IMG/VR virus record: IMGVR_UViG_3300048587_000983
Direction: 5' to 3' (one strand)
From: a virus
DNA: 64,000 bases
Part shown: positions 1 to 9,615 of the stretch, in pieces
Numbering within the stretch: the first letter of the stretch is position 1
How the letters are laid out: each line of letters opens with the position of its first letter
Program-made: the position numbers and the translations under genes
The notes under the pieces: generated by a model
Told to the model about the DNA's origin: nothing
The model's input: the letters and a program-made list of their open reading frames with translations, nothing else
Database searches by the model: none

Positions 1-1912
1 CCGAGCCCTCAGCGCGCAGCTGATTGAGACGGGTTTCGATACGCTGACCAACCTCGGGCATTTTTTGTTTCACCTCGGAGAGCGTAAGGGCGGCTTCACC
101 GGGCGAAAGGCTCATCAACTGGCGAGCCCAGGAATCGACTTTCGAGTCGATTTGCTGACCAAGAGCCTTGTCTTCCTTGCCGCCGGCAGCCGCTCCACCT
201 GCTGTGCCCGGCAGGCCTTGAGCCGTAGCAGCGCCGGGTGCGCCCCCTCCAGCTCCGCCTCCAGGGCCGGCAGGTCCGCCTGCAGAGGGGTCACCGCCGC
301 CGGGTGCATTTGGATCAGTTGGCTGATCGAGGGGACCAGGAATCCCAAGCCTCTGAGCCCGCTCCTGTGCAGCCACCTGGGCCTTCTCGGAAAGCTCCTG
401 AAGTGTCTGCTGATAATTAAACTGAATGAGCGAGGCCTCACCCTGCGAGCGTGCACCTGATTTGCTTTGTAGATCCATGATGTAGTTCTGGACATGCTGC
501 TCTTCGATAAGTTTTTTGGTTTCCGACTCGTAGTCGTAGCCGAGTTCTGTGAGAAGAGTTTGGTCGCTGATCTTCCGCTGAGCGTTAAGCCCGATGAGCT
601 GCTGATTCCTTTGAATATCGTCAGCCATACGAAAGTCGGAGAACCGGATATCCTTTACGTCAGAGAGGTTGAGCCATGTGCGCAGCTTGTCTTTCAGCCA
701 AAGAGTAAAATCAAGAAGCTGGCTTCTATTCTGGATAAAGTCGTTCTCGAGCGTCCGAAGCGAAACGCTCGACCCTGTCCAGTTGAGACCACCAAAGAGG
801 AACTCCTGCGGAAGCCCGAGCCCACCGACAACTGTCTGCGTGATGTAGTTGATTTCAGGCGCGAGGAGGAGCGCTTTTCCGTCACCACCAAGTCGCCCAA
901 AGCCAATCGGGATAGGGATAACACCTTTGAAGTTGGGATCGCGGCGGTGCTTTGTGATGACGTTTTCAACCTGCTGCCGCCAGCTGGCAAGGTCCGTATG
1001 AATGTAGGGGTCCTGCTGCGCGTTTGGAAGCGGGTAGATCATATCGAAGGGGACGATATGCTCCATCGCAATCGCTTCCTGCGCACGCCTGAGGGTATAG
1101 AGGTAATACATATCCTTCAGGACGTGGATGATTGCAGGCTTGCCCCAGCCCTGGTCCTGCTCAGCCAGTGTCGGAGCTTTCAGGTGTTTGATGTTATCTG
1201 AGTTGAAGCGAATCATCCGGCGGTTTTTAAGAGCTTCAAGGACGATGATGGGAATGTCCTCGATGATGTCCTTGTCGCCGCGAAGGATGGCATTACGAAG
1301 CTTTCCGGGCACCGAGTACATATAGATGTAGCGGCCCGTATATTCGTTGAACTTGATGTGGATATTTTCAGGGTTCCAGCGGACTATCCGGATCCCTTTT
1401 CTACTTCGATAAGGGACGTCTTTTACGGTCACCTGCCCCGTGTGGTTGCAGCGTGAACAGGTCCCCGAGAACTGATAGTCGGCCCCGCGAAACGTCCAGT
1501 CCCATTGGCGAATAGGCTGGCTGTTGCGACATTCCTTACAGACGAGAAACCGCGTGAAAGGGAAGTGGATACTGACGAACGCGTTGCCGTAAGTATGGTA
1601 GTCGAGGTTAATCTCCATGAGCTTGTCTTTGATGAAAAGCTCTTTGTTGAGAATCTTGTCCCAGACGTTACGGTTGCTCTCCTGGTCGTCCTCGATGATA
1701 AGGTCTGTGATCGGGTACCGCGAAACCTTCTTCATCGCAGCCCCGATGAGGGGGCTGTTGTAGTAGTAGTAGGTGCACCAGCGGAAAAGCTCCTTGATCG
1801 TCGGCGGCATGTACTGCTGCGCGAGGTCAAAGAACTGGTTTGGATACCGCTGGCCCCTCATGTCTCCGAGGGCAAGCGAGGGCTCGGCCAGGCGTTCCTG
1901 TGGGTTGGTCAT
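1..1912 (-). CDS. Phage portal protein (3' end beyond window start), with Zn-ribbon-like insertion
   Basis: Not in ORF track because it runs off the window. Open frame from ATG 1912 (ATGA overlap with upstream stop): MTNPQERLAEPSLALGDMRGQRYPNQFFDLAQQYMPPTIKELFRWCTYYYYNSPLIGAAMKKVSRYP...LDYHTYGNAFVSIHFP...GWGKPAIIHVLKD...VGGLGLPQEFLFGG. The 'YGNAFV' and 'LGLPQEFLFGG' motifs are typical of large-phage portals. Confidence 0.8.
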   Translation of the reverse strand, partial: MTNPQERLAEPSLALGDMRGQRYPNQFFDLAQQYMPPTIKELFRWCTYYYYNSPLIGAAMKKVSRYPITDLIIEDDQESNRNVWDKILNKELFIKDKLMEINLDYHTYGNAFVSIHFPFTRFLVCKECRNSQPIRQWDWTFRGADYQFSGTCSRCNHTGQVTVKDVPYRSRKGIRIVRWNPENIHIKFNEYTGRYIYMYSVPGKLRNAILRGDKDIIEDIPIIVLEALKNRRMIRFNSDNIKHLKAPTLAEQDQGWGKPAIIHVLKDMYYLYTLRRAQEAIAMEHIVPFDMIYPLPNAQQDPYIHTDLASWRQQVENVITKHRRDPNFKGVIPIPIGFGRLGGDGKALLLAPEINYITQTVVGGLGLPQEFLFGGLNWTGSSVSLRTLENDFIQNRSQLLDFTLWLKDKLRTWLNLSDVKDIRFSDFRMADDIQRNQQLIGLNAQRKISDQTLLTELGYDYESETKKLIEEQHVQNYIMDLQSKSGARSQGEASLIQFNYQQTLQELSEKAQVAAQERAQRLGIPGPLDQPTDPNAPGGGDPSAGGPAGPGGGAGGGAPGAATAQGLPGTAGGAAAGGKEDKALGQQIDSKVDSWARQLMSLSPGEAALTLSEVKQKMPEVGQRIETRLNQLRAEGS

Positions 1913-2748
1913 TCGCGGTACTCCAAGGGATAGCGATAATCAAGGTCCACCAGAATATCAGTCAGAAACTGATAGGCGAGGTAGGGCACTTCGATTTCGC
2001 GTGAGAATTGAACCTCTTTTATTTCAAACTGTATCAGGGCCCCCTGGAGGACCGGAACCGAAAAGCGACCGTCCGGCCCTGTGAGAAAGCGGAGCTTGTG
2101 CCGCGTAATTTGCGGAACCTTTCCCTGAGCCTGTGGGTAGCGGATAAGCTGTATTGAGATCTCGGCGTCCGGGTACCGCACACCCTGAAGATCAGTCACG
2201 ATACCTTCAAGGACACAGACGGCGCCGGTGTAGGCGACCGCCTGCCGATAGCTCGTCTTCAGGCTCTCATTGCCAAAGCTATCGACCGTTACGATCGCAT
2301 AGAAATCCTCGGGAACTCCGTCGGAATCGGCCCACTCGACCATTTCCTCAGGGTCCTCAAGCGCATCGACTTCGGCAACGAGAAGATCCTCTGATTTTTC
2401 CGTGATCGTGCGCGCTGTGAGCTGAAGATCGGCCAACGCGGTCCCGCCCGTGATCTGCACAGAGCCCGGCGCACTTCTGATATTCGAGCGCACGAAAAAA
2501 TAAGCGCTGTCGGCGTTTGACGCGAAAGCCTTGCCGCCCGTGAGAACGGCATTTATCTGATCGACCGCGCTCGCCGTGCCGGAGAACGTTATGGTTTGCG
2601 TCGAGCCGCCGTTGAGTTTCAGGGAGAGGGTTTTGCCGACGAGAGCCGATGGCAGTGCCGCAAGCGCCCTGAAACCGATCATGCTGCGGTAGACCTTGTA
2701 GCTGGCGACATCTGACCCGGGGAAAGGGGCCCACCGAAGGTTAATCAC
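1909..2748 (-). CDS. Putative virion structural protein with C-terminal Ig/carboxypeptidase-regulatory-like domain
   Basis: 279 aa ORF with GTG start and coupled overlaps on both sides. C-terminus (CVLEGIVTDLQG...TGPDGRFSVPVLQG) is paralogous to the C-terminus of 11454..12071. Confidence 0.6.
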   Translation of the reverse strand: MINLRWAPFPGSDVASYKVYRSMIGFRALAALPSALVGKTLSLKLNGGSTQTITFSGTASAVDQINAVLTGGKAFASNADSAYFFVRSNIRSAPGSVQITGGTALADLQLTARTITEKSEDLLVAEVDALEDPEEMVEWADSDGVPEDFYAIVTVDSFGNESLKTSYRQAVAYTGAVCVLEGIVTDLQGVRYPDAEISIQLIRYPQAQGKVPQITRHKLRFLTGPDGRFSVPVLQGALIQFEIKEVQFSREIEVPYLAYQFLTDILVDLDYRYPLEYRE

Positions 2749-2912
2749 GGAATGTCCTCCTCAGGCGGCAAGGCCACGGTAAAACCCACTACAGGCGGGT
2801 TGATGTAGTAAACATCGAAATATCGAATCTGTGGCCCGATCTGCCCGAAGTCATGGCCGATCCCGGCACCATCCATAAACGTCACGACCGTGTTGGACGG
2901 AAGAATCTTCAT
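2745..2912 (-). CDS. Small hypothetical protein (55 aa)
   Basis: Below ORF-track cutoff: MKILPSNTVVTFMDGAGIGHDFGQIGPQIRYFDVYYINPPVVGFTVALPPEEDIP*. Exactly fills the gap with ATGA/GTGA overlaps at both ends. Confidence 0.7.
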   Translation of the reverse strand: MKILPSNTVVTFMDGAGIGHDFGQIGPQIRYFDVYYINPPVVGFTVALPPEEDIP

Positions 2913-3166
2913 ACGAACTCCGTTGTGCCCTCGTCCTCGTTGAGATCGAAAATCGTTTTGTGGTTCTGGCGCACAACGCCGTTGGGCCAGCGAGCCTGCT
3001 GGATTCGGCTCAGCGATTCAAAAAACGCCCGCGCCCTCACACCCTCCAGAATGATCTCGCCGATCGTGGTCGTATCACCCTCGTCGCGGAAGGTGATGGT
3101 TAGGACGCCCGTGTTTTCGTCGGTCGAGTGCCTCGTTATAAATTTGGTGAGCGTCGTGAAGTCCAT
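2909..3166 (-). CDS. Hypothetical protein (85 aa)
   Basis: ORF coupled to both neighbours in the operon. Confidence 0.7.
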   Translation of the reverse strand: MDFTTLTKFITRHSTDENTGVLTITFRDEGDTTTIGEIILEGVRARAFFESLSRIQQARWPNGVVRQNHKTIFDLNEDEGTTEFV

Positions 3167-3167
3167 G

Positions 3168-6100
3168 TCACCCCACAGTTATGAAAGCGGAGCGCCCGGA
3201 GATGTCGGTCGCGCCATCATTGATAAGCATCTCGATATAGTAGCTTCGATCCGCGGCGGGCGGGACGAACGGCATGCTGAAGGCGAAGACGCCGTCTGCA
3301 TTCGGCGAGGCGAGGTTCGCCTCCCAAAGAAGAGCGCCTTCGGTGCTCTTGACCTTGATGCGTGCATTGCTCGCCGAAAGGAAGGGTGCTCCGTTCTTTT
3401 CAAGCCAGACTATGACTTCCTGCGTTTCATCGCTGGAGTTCAGCGTCGTGGACATCCTGCAGAAGGCGGTGTTGATCGTGATTTCCTCAACATCCTCTTT
3501 CGTTGCAAGGTCTGAGATATCAGGCCCGAAGCTCTGAGGATCCTGCGTAATCGTCCGGCTCGGGTAGGTCCAGATTTCGGCTGCAGTAGCGCCCCCGCCC
3601 CCGCCACCGCACACGTTGTCGATCTCGCTTAGGATATTCGCCTCGACCGTCGAAAGCTGCGAGCCTGTTGCAGGGTCGCTTGTGATCTGATCGGTTTTGG
3701 CCTTCACAAGATTCACCGTCGCCTGGAGCGTATTGAGCTTGGCTTCGTTCTGATTGATCTCGGAGGTCAAAGCCGTTTGAGTGCTCGACAGCTGGGCCGT
3801 AGTGGCCAGAGGGGCGAGGTCCGCGGCCTGTACCGTGCCTCTTGTCGATACCGCGACGTCGAGCCTTGTAAGACGCACATCGCTGGCCAGGACCGGATTT
3901 GTCGGACGCGCGAGAACGCTCGTCTCCTTCGCCGGATCTGGCGGGAGGTTGTCTGTCTTGGACTTGATGCCGGTGGCCTTGAGGTCGAGGTTGGCGATGG
4001 CTATCGACTGAGCCGAGAAGCCGCCTGTCACAACGGAAGCGGAAACCGGATCGGACGGCAGGTTGGTCGTTTTCGCCTGGATGGCGGATACGTCGGCCTG
4101 CATCGCATTGACGAGAATCTGCGTCTGATTGTCACCCGAGGTGATGAGTCCTGCCAGCGAGCTCACGGTGGACTCCTGAGCCACACCGGCGAGAGCGGAA
4201 GCGACCTGTGAAGCCGTTGCGCGGGTCGAGACCTGGGCATCGAGCATGTCGGCCACACGTTTGCCGAGAGAGCCGTTTACGGTCGCCTGCGAAGCCAGAT
4301 GATCCCAGATGGCCTTGACCGAGGCCGCGGGCAAGCTGAAGCTCGTCAGCTCGCGCGTGCCGTAACTCCAGACGCTGGCGGCGTCGAGGATCGAGCGGCT
4401 CGAAATCGTTGCGTCGAGGTTGTTGAGCCGCGGGTCGTTGGTCTTCATGATAGGCGTAAAGTCGATCTTGTCGTAGATCGCCGTGTTGTTGCGGTTGTCA
4501 GGACCAACGATGTAGTCCCGCGTCAGGTCGAGACGGGTCTGAATCTCATTGATGTCAGGGCGCGTCAACACAGTGGCGTTGACAGCCGAGACCGAGGCCA
4601 GCGTTGCCGGATCGTTCGGTATCAGATCGGTCCGGGCCTTGATGTTGATGAGAAGCAGCTCGTTGGCGTCAATTTCGCCGATGATCTGGCTTTGGCCTGT
4701 TTTGATGGCTGCAAGCCCGTACACTCCGGAGTTCACGGCGAGGTTTGTGTTGGTGACGGTGCCTTGAACACTTGTCAGCTGGGCCTGAATCGAGTTGAGA
4801 TCGCTCTCAAACTCTGTGATTTCAGTGACCGCCGGTACATAGCGCGTTGCCCCGTTCTCGATCACGGTCGCCTCAACGAGAGCCTGATATTCGTCCGTTC
4901 CCGAGGTTATGCTAAAATTATAGTAGTAAGCCCCCACTTTGACTCCGTCGGGCGTCATCGCAGCTCCCGCCACGATGTCGATGCCTGTGTCGAGTCTACG
5001 TATCCTTATTGTGGGGGTGCTATCCGGGGCCTCAGCGTGCCCCGTCTCATCATAGAGCCGCAGGTGGAACTGGTAGGTTTTGGTTCCACTCGTCGGCTTC
5101 ACCAGCCTCTCAGGAACAATAAACCGCACCGTTGTATTGTTTTGAATCGTCCCGATCTGGGCGGCGACGGCGTCGACCTTTGTTTCGACGACATTGATTT
5201 CGCCTATGATGCTCGACTCGGCGGCGGTCAGCTGCGTGGCCAGAGCCTCGATCAAAATCTGATTCTGATCAATCTCGCTTTTCAGCAGAGCTGTCTGCGA
5301 GCCGACGTAAGGTATGATGGCGTCGATCTTCGTCTCGTTCCCGTTGACCTCTGCTATGACAGCCAGTTCACTGTCGCCGATCGCGCCGAAAATCTGCGAC
5401 AGACCGTAGGTGGGGCTGTTGAGCTCGGCCAGGGTCGAGAGCGCGGATTGCCGGATGACCTGGACATAGTTGCCGAAGGTGTTCGGAAGGTTGTGTGGTG
5501 CGACAAGAGCGTCCCATACCGCAGCGGCGATTCCGGTTGGGGTCGAAGCTGTAAGGCTGCCGAGAGCCTCCCCCGTTGATCCAGGCGATGTGTGAGCAGA
5601 GAGCAGCTCATCCCATACTTCATCAACCACAGCGGCTCTGGATGCTGACGACAACGCGTAGTCCGTCTTATCCGAGACGACCTGCGCATTCGCGTTGACA
5701 TTGGAACCGGTGAAGGTCAGCTGATCGGTTTTGACTTTGATTGCGGTGACGTCGGCCGCTGTGGAGTCCGCGACGGCTTTAACCGCAGCGATATCAGCAG
5801 AGACGGTCGAGACCGGCGTCCCAATCTTCGTTTGAATGTCATCCGTATCGGCCTGCACACCGGCAATATCGGAGGTCAAATCGTTGAACCTTGTGAGCGC
5901 ATCGGACTCAGCCTGCCGAGTGGAGACATCAACATCGAGCCGCTTGCCAAAGCTCCCTGCTGCTGTGTGACCAGCCTGGAGCTCATCCCAAACGGCATCG
6001 ACCAGCTGGGCCTCGGCCGCCGGAGAGAGAACGACACCGCTCGTCCCCGTATCATCGAGAATCGCTGCAGTGTCCGCTTTCACAGCGGCGACATCAGCAC

Positions 6101-8393
6101 TGAGCGAGGCGCCGACAGGGGTCCCGATTTTTGAATTGATGGTATCGGCAGTGGATTTGACCGCCGCAATGTCGCCCGCCAGTGTCGTGACAGGGGTTCC
6201 GATTTTGGATTGAATGTCATCCGTGTCAGATTGGATGGAGGCCGTCTCAGCTTTCACAGCTGCGATATCACCAGCAAGCGTGGAGGCAGGTGAACCGATC
6301 TTCGATTGGATATCGTCCGTGTCTGACTGCACGCCTGCAATGTCACCGGCAAGAGTTGAAACCGGCGTCCCAATTTTGGATTGAATGTCATTCGTATCTG
6401 TCTGGATCGACGCCGTCTCGGCTTTTACAGCTGCGATATCCGCGCTTACCGAGGCGCCGGCTGGCGTTCCAAGCTTTGTCTGTACCGCTGCAATGTCACC
6501 GGCCAGAGTTGTGACCGGCGAACCTATTTTTGACTGAATGTCATCGGTGTCAGCCTGTACGCCTGCGATATCGCCAGCGAGGGTCGATACGGGCGACCCG
6601 ATCTTCGCCTGGATGTCATCCGTGTCTGCTTGAAGCGCGTTGTATTGAGAAAGCGCAGTCGCAGACGACTGCCTGGAGCTAACCGTTGTATCGAGGTTCG
6701 GGAGGTTATCAAGATAACCCGCGCGAGTCGCCGTGAGACGGGAAAGGAGAGTATCGAGTTTCGTTTCAAACTCTTGAACTTCCGTTGTCCGGACTTGCTG
6801 GAATGGGACGGAGTTTTCCGCGTATTCCATGAAGACAACAAGCGGGCGCTCGGGGTCCGTTGAGTTCACAGTGTATGGGTATTCATAAGCTCCGACAGCC
6901 GTCCTTGTCATAGGGGTTGTTGCCACAACCACTGAGCCGCCAGGGGTCTCGATTCGGATGTTGATCGTGTTGGAGTCCGGATCCTCGGGGCTTCCGGCAT
7001 CATCGTAAAGCCGCCCGAAGAATTTATAGACCTGACTTCCAGAGGTCGGAAGAATGAGAGGCGACTGGACAACCATTGCAAAGCGCGTGTTGTTTTGAAT
7101 CGCATCGACCGAGGCCTGCGTGGCCCGGGAGCTGACTGTCGCATCGAGATTCGGCAGATTGTCGAGGTAGCCTGCGCGCGTAGCCGTGAGGCGGCTCGTA
7201 AGGGTTGAGGTATCCGACTTCACGGCTGCAATGTCGACGCTCACCGAGGCGCCCGCCGGGGTGCCTAGTTTTGTCTGGACAGCTGCGATATCGCCGGAAA
7301 TCGTGGATACCGGCGAGCCGATTTTAGCCTGGATGTCATCCGTATCAGCCTGCACGGCAGCTATGTCGCCGGCTAGGGTCGTGACAGGCGTTCCTATTTT
7401 GGACTGGATGTCGTTGGTATCGGATTGGATTGATGCCGTTTCCGCTTTAACGGCTGCAATATCAGCACTAACTGAGGCGCCAGCCGGTGTACCGATCTTC
7501 GATTGAATGTCGTCAGTATCGGCCTGCACACCCGCGATGTCGCCAGCGAGAGTCGTGACAGGCGTACCGATCTTCGATTGAATGTCGTTTGTATCGGATT
7601 GAATCGAGGCAGTCTCTGCTTTGACTGCAGCGATGTCCGCGCTTACCGAAGCCCCAGCGGGAGTGCCTATCTTCGATTGGATATCGTCCGTATCGGCCTG
7701 AACGCCCGCGATGTCCGACGCCAGTGTGCCCACGGGCGCCCCGATTCTCGCCTGAATGTCGTTGGTGTCAGACTGCACGCCTGCGATATCACCGGCAAGA
7801 GTTGAAACCGGAGTTCCGATTTTTGCCTGGATATCGTTTGTATCTGCCTGGATCGAGGCCGTCTCGGCTTTTATAGCGGCGATGTCCACACTCACCGAAG
7901 CCCCAGCGGGAGTGCCTATTTTGGATTGTATATCGTTGGTGTCGGCCTGTACGCCTGCGATATCACCGGCAAGAGTTGAAACCGGAGTTCCGATTTTAGC
8001 CTGAATGTCGTTGGTGTCGGCCTGAACGCTCGCAATGTCACCGGCGATGGTCGAGACCGGCACCCCGAGTCTTGTCAGAAGAGTGGCCAGATCCTGATCG
8101 ATGGAGCGGACCTCGATCTCTTCATCATCCCACTCATAGGCGCGGTCTGCTGTTGCAAACCCAACCGTGGTATAGATTTCGTAGGACACTGAATACTGAC
8201 CTTCGACTGTCGGGTTCCACCCGCTCCCCGAATAGTGGCCGCTTCCCCTGTGGGTGAGGGTGAACGGCGAGCCCGACACCTCAGTGCCGGCGGAATTGAA
8301 AACCCTGGCACGAACACCTTTCGTGGTATTCCCGTCCCAGAGGGTTTTACAGAGGAGGACGTTGCTATTTACCTCAGCCGTTCTTCCTGCCAT
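3168..8393 (-). CDS. Very large repeat-rich virion fibre/structural protein (1741 aa)
   Basis: Two blocks of 25-aa and 33-aa coiled-coil-like repeats, repeated 'xVWD.L...H...GS.G' motifs, and a duplicated 'SRLTATRAGYLDNLPNLD.TVSSR'. Confidence 0.75.
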   Translation of the reverse strand: MAGRTAEVNSNVLLCKTLWDGNTTKGVRARVFNSAGTEVSGSPFTLTHRGSGHYSGSGWNPTVEGQYSVSYEIYTTVGFATADRAYEWDDEEIEVRSIDQDLATLLTRLGVPVSTIAGDIASVQADTNDIQAKIGTPVSTLAGDIAGVQADTNDIQSKIGTPAGASVSVDIAAIKAETASIQADTNDIQAKIGTPVSTLAGDIAGVQSDTNDIQARIGAPVGTLASDIAGVQADTDDIQSKIGTPAGASVSADIAAVKAETASIQSDTNDIQSKIGTPVTTLAGDIAGVQADTDDIQSKIGTPAGASVSADIAAVKAETASIQSDTNDIQSKIGTPVTTLAGDIAAVQADTDDIQAKIGSPVSTISGDIAAVQTKLGTPAGASVSVDIAAVKSDTSTLTSRLTATRAGYLDNLPNLDATVSSRATQASVDAIQNNTRFAMVVQSPLILPTSGSQVYKFFGRLYDDAGSPEDPDSNTINIRIETPGGSVVVATTPMTRTAVGAYEYPYTVNSTDPERPLVVFMEYAENSVPFQQVRTTEVQEFETKLDTLLSRLTATRAGYLDNLPNLDTTVSSRQSSATALSQYNALQADTDDIQAKIGSPVSTLAGDIAGVQADTDDIQSKIGSPVTTLAGDIAAVQTKLGTPAGASVSADIAAVKAETASIQTDTNDIQSKIGTPVSTLAGDIAGVQSDTDDIQSKIGSPASTLAGDIAAVKAETASIQSDTDDIQSKIGTPVTTLAGDIAAVKSTADTINSKIGTPVGASLSADVAAVKADTAAILDDTGTSGVVLSPAAEAQLVDAVWDELQAGHTAAGSFGKRLDVDVSTRQAESDALTRFNDLTSDIAGVQADTDDIQTKIGTPVSTVSADIAAVKAVADSTAADVTAIKVKTDQLTFTGSNVNANAQVVSDKTDYALSSASRAAVVDEVWDELLSAHTSPGSTGEALGSLTASTPTGIAAAVWDALVAPHNLPNTFGNYVQVIRQSALSTLAELNSPTYGLSQIFGAIGDSELAVIAEVNGNETKIDAIIPYVGSQTALLKSEIDQNQILIEALATQLTAAESSIIGEINVVETKVDAVAAQIGTIQNNTTVRFIVPERLVKPTSGTKTYQFHLRLYDETGHAEAPDSTPTIRIRRLDTGIDIVAGAAMTPDGVKVGAYYYNFSITSGTDEYQALVEATVIENGATRYVPAVTEITEFESDLNSIQAQLTSVQGTVTNTNLAVNSGVYGLAAIKTGQSQIIGEIDANELLLINIKARTDLIPNDPATLASVSAVNATVLTRPDINEIQTRLDLTRDYIVGPDNRNNTAIYDKIDFTPIMKTNDPRLNNLDATISSRSILDAASVWSYGTRELTSFSLPAASVKAIWDHLASQATVNGSLGKRVADMLDAQVSTRATASQVASALAGVAQESTVSSLAGLITSGDNQTQILVNAMQADVSAIQAKTTNLPSDPVSASVVTGGFSAQSIAIANLDLKATGIKSKTDNLPPDPAKETSVLARPTNPVLASDVRLTRLDVAVSTRGTVQAADLAPLATTAQLSSTQTALTSEINQNEAKLNTLQATVNLVKAKTDQITSDPATGSQLSTVEANILSEIDNVCGGGGGGATAAEIWTYPSRTITQDPQSFGPDISDLATKEDVEEITINTAFCRMSTTLNSSDETQEVIVWLEKNGAPFLSASNARIKVKSTEGALLWEANLASPNADGVFAFSMPFVPPAADRSYYIEMLINDGATDISGRSAFITVG
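5760..6630 (-). repeat. Coding tandem repeat block 2 (same units)
   Basis: Same KIG(T/S)P..(T/S)LAGDIA.V..DT.DIQ units. Limits approximate. Confidence 0.85.
7200..8070 (-). repeat. Coding tandem repeat block 1 (25-aa and 33-aa units)
   Basis: Units IQAKIGTPVSTLAGDIAGVQADTND (25 aa) and IQSKIGTPAGASVSVDIAAIKAETASIQADTND (33 aa). An exact 47-nt DNA repeat at 7777-7823 and 7951-7997 is spaced 174 nt (=58 aa=25+33). Block limits approximate. Confidence 0.9.
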
Positions 8394-8397
8394 TTTT

Positions 8398-8865
8398 TTA
8401 CCTCAGCCTTATAAGCTCCATTAGAAGCATCGTACCGAATGTCCGGACGGTTTGAGTCAGTCCGCCTTCGAGCTTTAAAATACGCAGCTCGATATAATCG
8501 TTCGCATTCAGATCGAGAACAAACGTCCTGGATGCGTCGCCCCCCGGCTCGTTTGCGCTGGCCCGGGAGTTGCCGCCCGCGCGACTCCGCTCGATCACGC
8601 TCGTCCCGTTGAGATAGCAGTGGACTTCAAAGCCGTCATCGTTCGCCGTCGAGTCGAGGTTCACCCCGTAGCTCACGCGAACAGTGCAGTCCCGCAGCGC
8701 TCTGAACTGGCTGGTCGTGGGCTTGTCAAGGAGCCCGTTTGGATAACTGCCTTGATCCGTCGCAAGAGCGACGATTGCCGTCGTACCCGCCCCACCAGCA
8801 ATATTCTGGGCAGCCGCGTTCGAGTATTGAAGATATGCATCAGGTCTACCCTGCCTTGCGCTCAC
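8398..8865 (-). CDS. C1q-like/jelly-roll virion protein
   Basis: Start moved to GTG 8865 (GTGA overlap). FRALRDC.VRVSYG...LNG...RTFVLDLNANDYIELRIL resembles the C1q-like strand pattern. Paralog of 8862..9320. Confidence 0.55.
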   Translation of the reverse strand: MSARQGRPDAYLQYSNAAAQNIAGGAGTTAIVALATDQGSYPNGLLDKPTTSQFRALRDCTVRVSYGVNLDSTANDDGFEVHCYLNGTSVIERSRAGGNSRASANEPGGDASRTFVLDLNANDYIELRILKLEGGLTQTVRTFGTMLLMELIRLR

Positions 8866-9320
8866 GGTCGCCTCACAAATTCCATCAGGAAGCAAGATCC
8901 CTCTGCCAGGGCTGTAACGTCATCACCACCCTCCAATGACAGCAGGTTCAGCTCCAGATAGTCGTTCACCGCCATATCCAGACGGATCGTTCTTTTCACA
9001 CTGACGGGCTCCAGCGCTGTGTCACGAGCGCTTCGTCCTGAATTACCAAAGGTCAGGGCCGCGCCGTTTTTTAAAATCTGAACTTCTGCGCCGCGGTTGT
9101 TCGCATCGCCTGTGAGCACGAGACCGTAGCTTACGCGCACACTGCAGGCAACCAGCGTCCGAAAGCGTGCCGTCGTTGGTTTGTCGAAGAGCCCGTCAGC
9201 GAAACTTCCTTCGTCCGTCGCAAAGTTTAGAATGACGTTGGAAGGCCCGGCGGCAGCGGTCTGCGGGGCAGCCATACGGTACTGAAGCCAAGCTCGTTCC
9301 TGCGCCTGCCCTGCACCCAT
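8862..9320 (-). CDS. C1q-like/jelly-roll virion protein (paralog)
   Basis: Shares LQY..AA.Q, ATD.GS...GL.DKPTT..FR, VRVSYG..L and LD...NDY.EL with 8398..8865. Confidence 0.55.
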   Translation of the reverse strand: MGAGQAQERAWLQYRMAAPQTAAAGPSNVILNFATDEGSFADGLFDKPTTARFRTLVACSVRVSYGLVLTGDANNRGAEVQILKNGAALTFGNSGRSARDTALEPVSVKRTIRLDMAVNDYLELNLLSLEGGDDVTALAEGSCFLMEFVRRP

Positions 9321-9321
9321 C

Positions 9322-9615
9322 TTACACCACCGGTTTTACACGTTTGGCTATCTCATAAGACTTGTCAGTAAGAGAGCCGGCCCCCGTGTAGTTGTCTGCG
9401 AACCCCTTCAGGGCAGACTGGAGGGCTCGGAGAGCGTTTCTTTCCGTCGCAGCCTCACCGCCTCCCAGAATCTCTTCAATGTCGGCGTCGAGATACTGTG
9501 AAAGAACCTGATCAATACCCTTGATCTCCTGCACAAGATCGTGCGTTCTGAAACAGATCCTTTGCATAAGGTTAATGAGCTCGTCACGGGTCATCGGCGT
9601 TGCAAAAATAGCCAT
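9322..9615 (-). CDS. Hypothetical protein (97 aa)
   Basis: Coupled ORF in the operon. Confidence 0.7.
   Translation of the reverse strand: MAIFATPMTRDELINLMQRICFRTHDLVQEIKGIDQVLSQYLDADIEEILGGGEAATERNALRALQSALKGFADNYTGAGSLTDKSYEIAKRVKPVV

Noticed and set aside
494-1201. Plus-strand 235-aa ORF (also 65..460, 1505..1933 and minus 115..495)
   Set aside because: Shadows or alternative frames of the portal gene.
4299-5579. Plus-strand 426-aa ORF
   Set aside because: Antisense shadow of the 1741-aa gene in GC-rich DNA.
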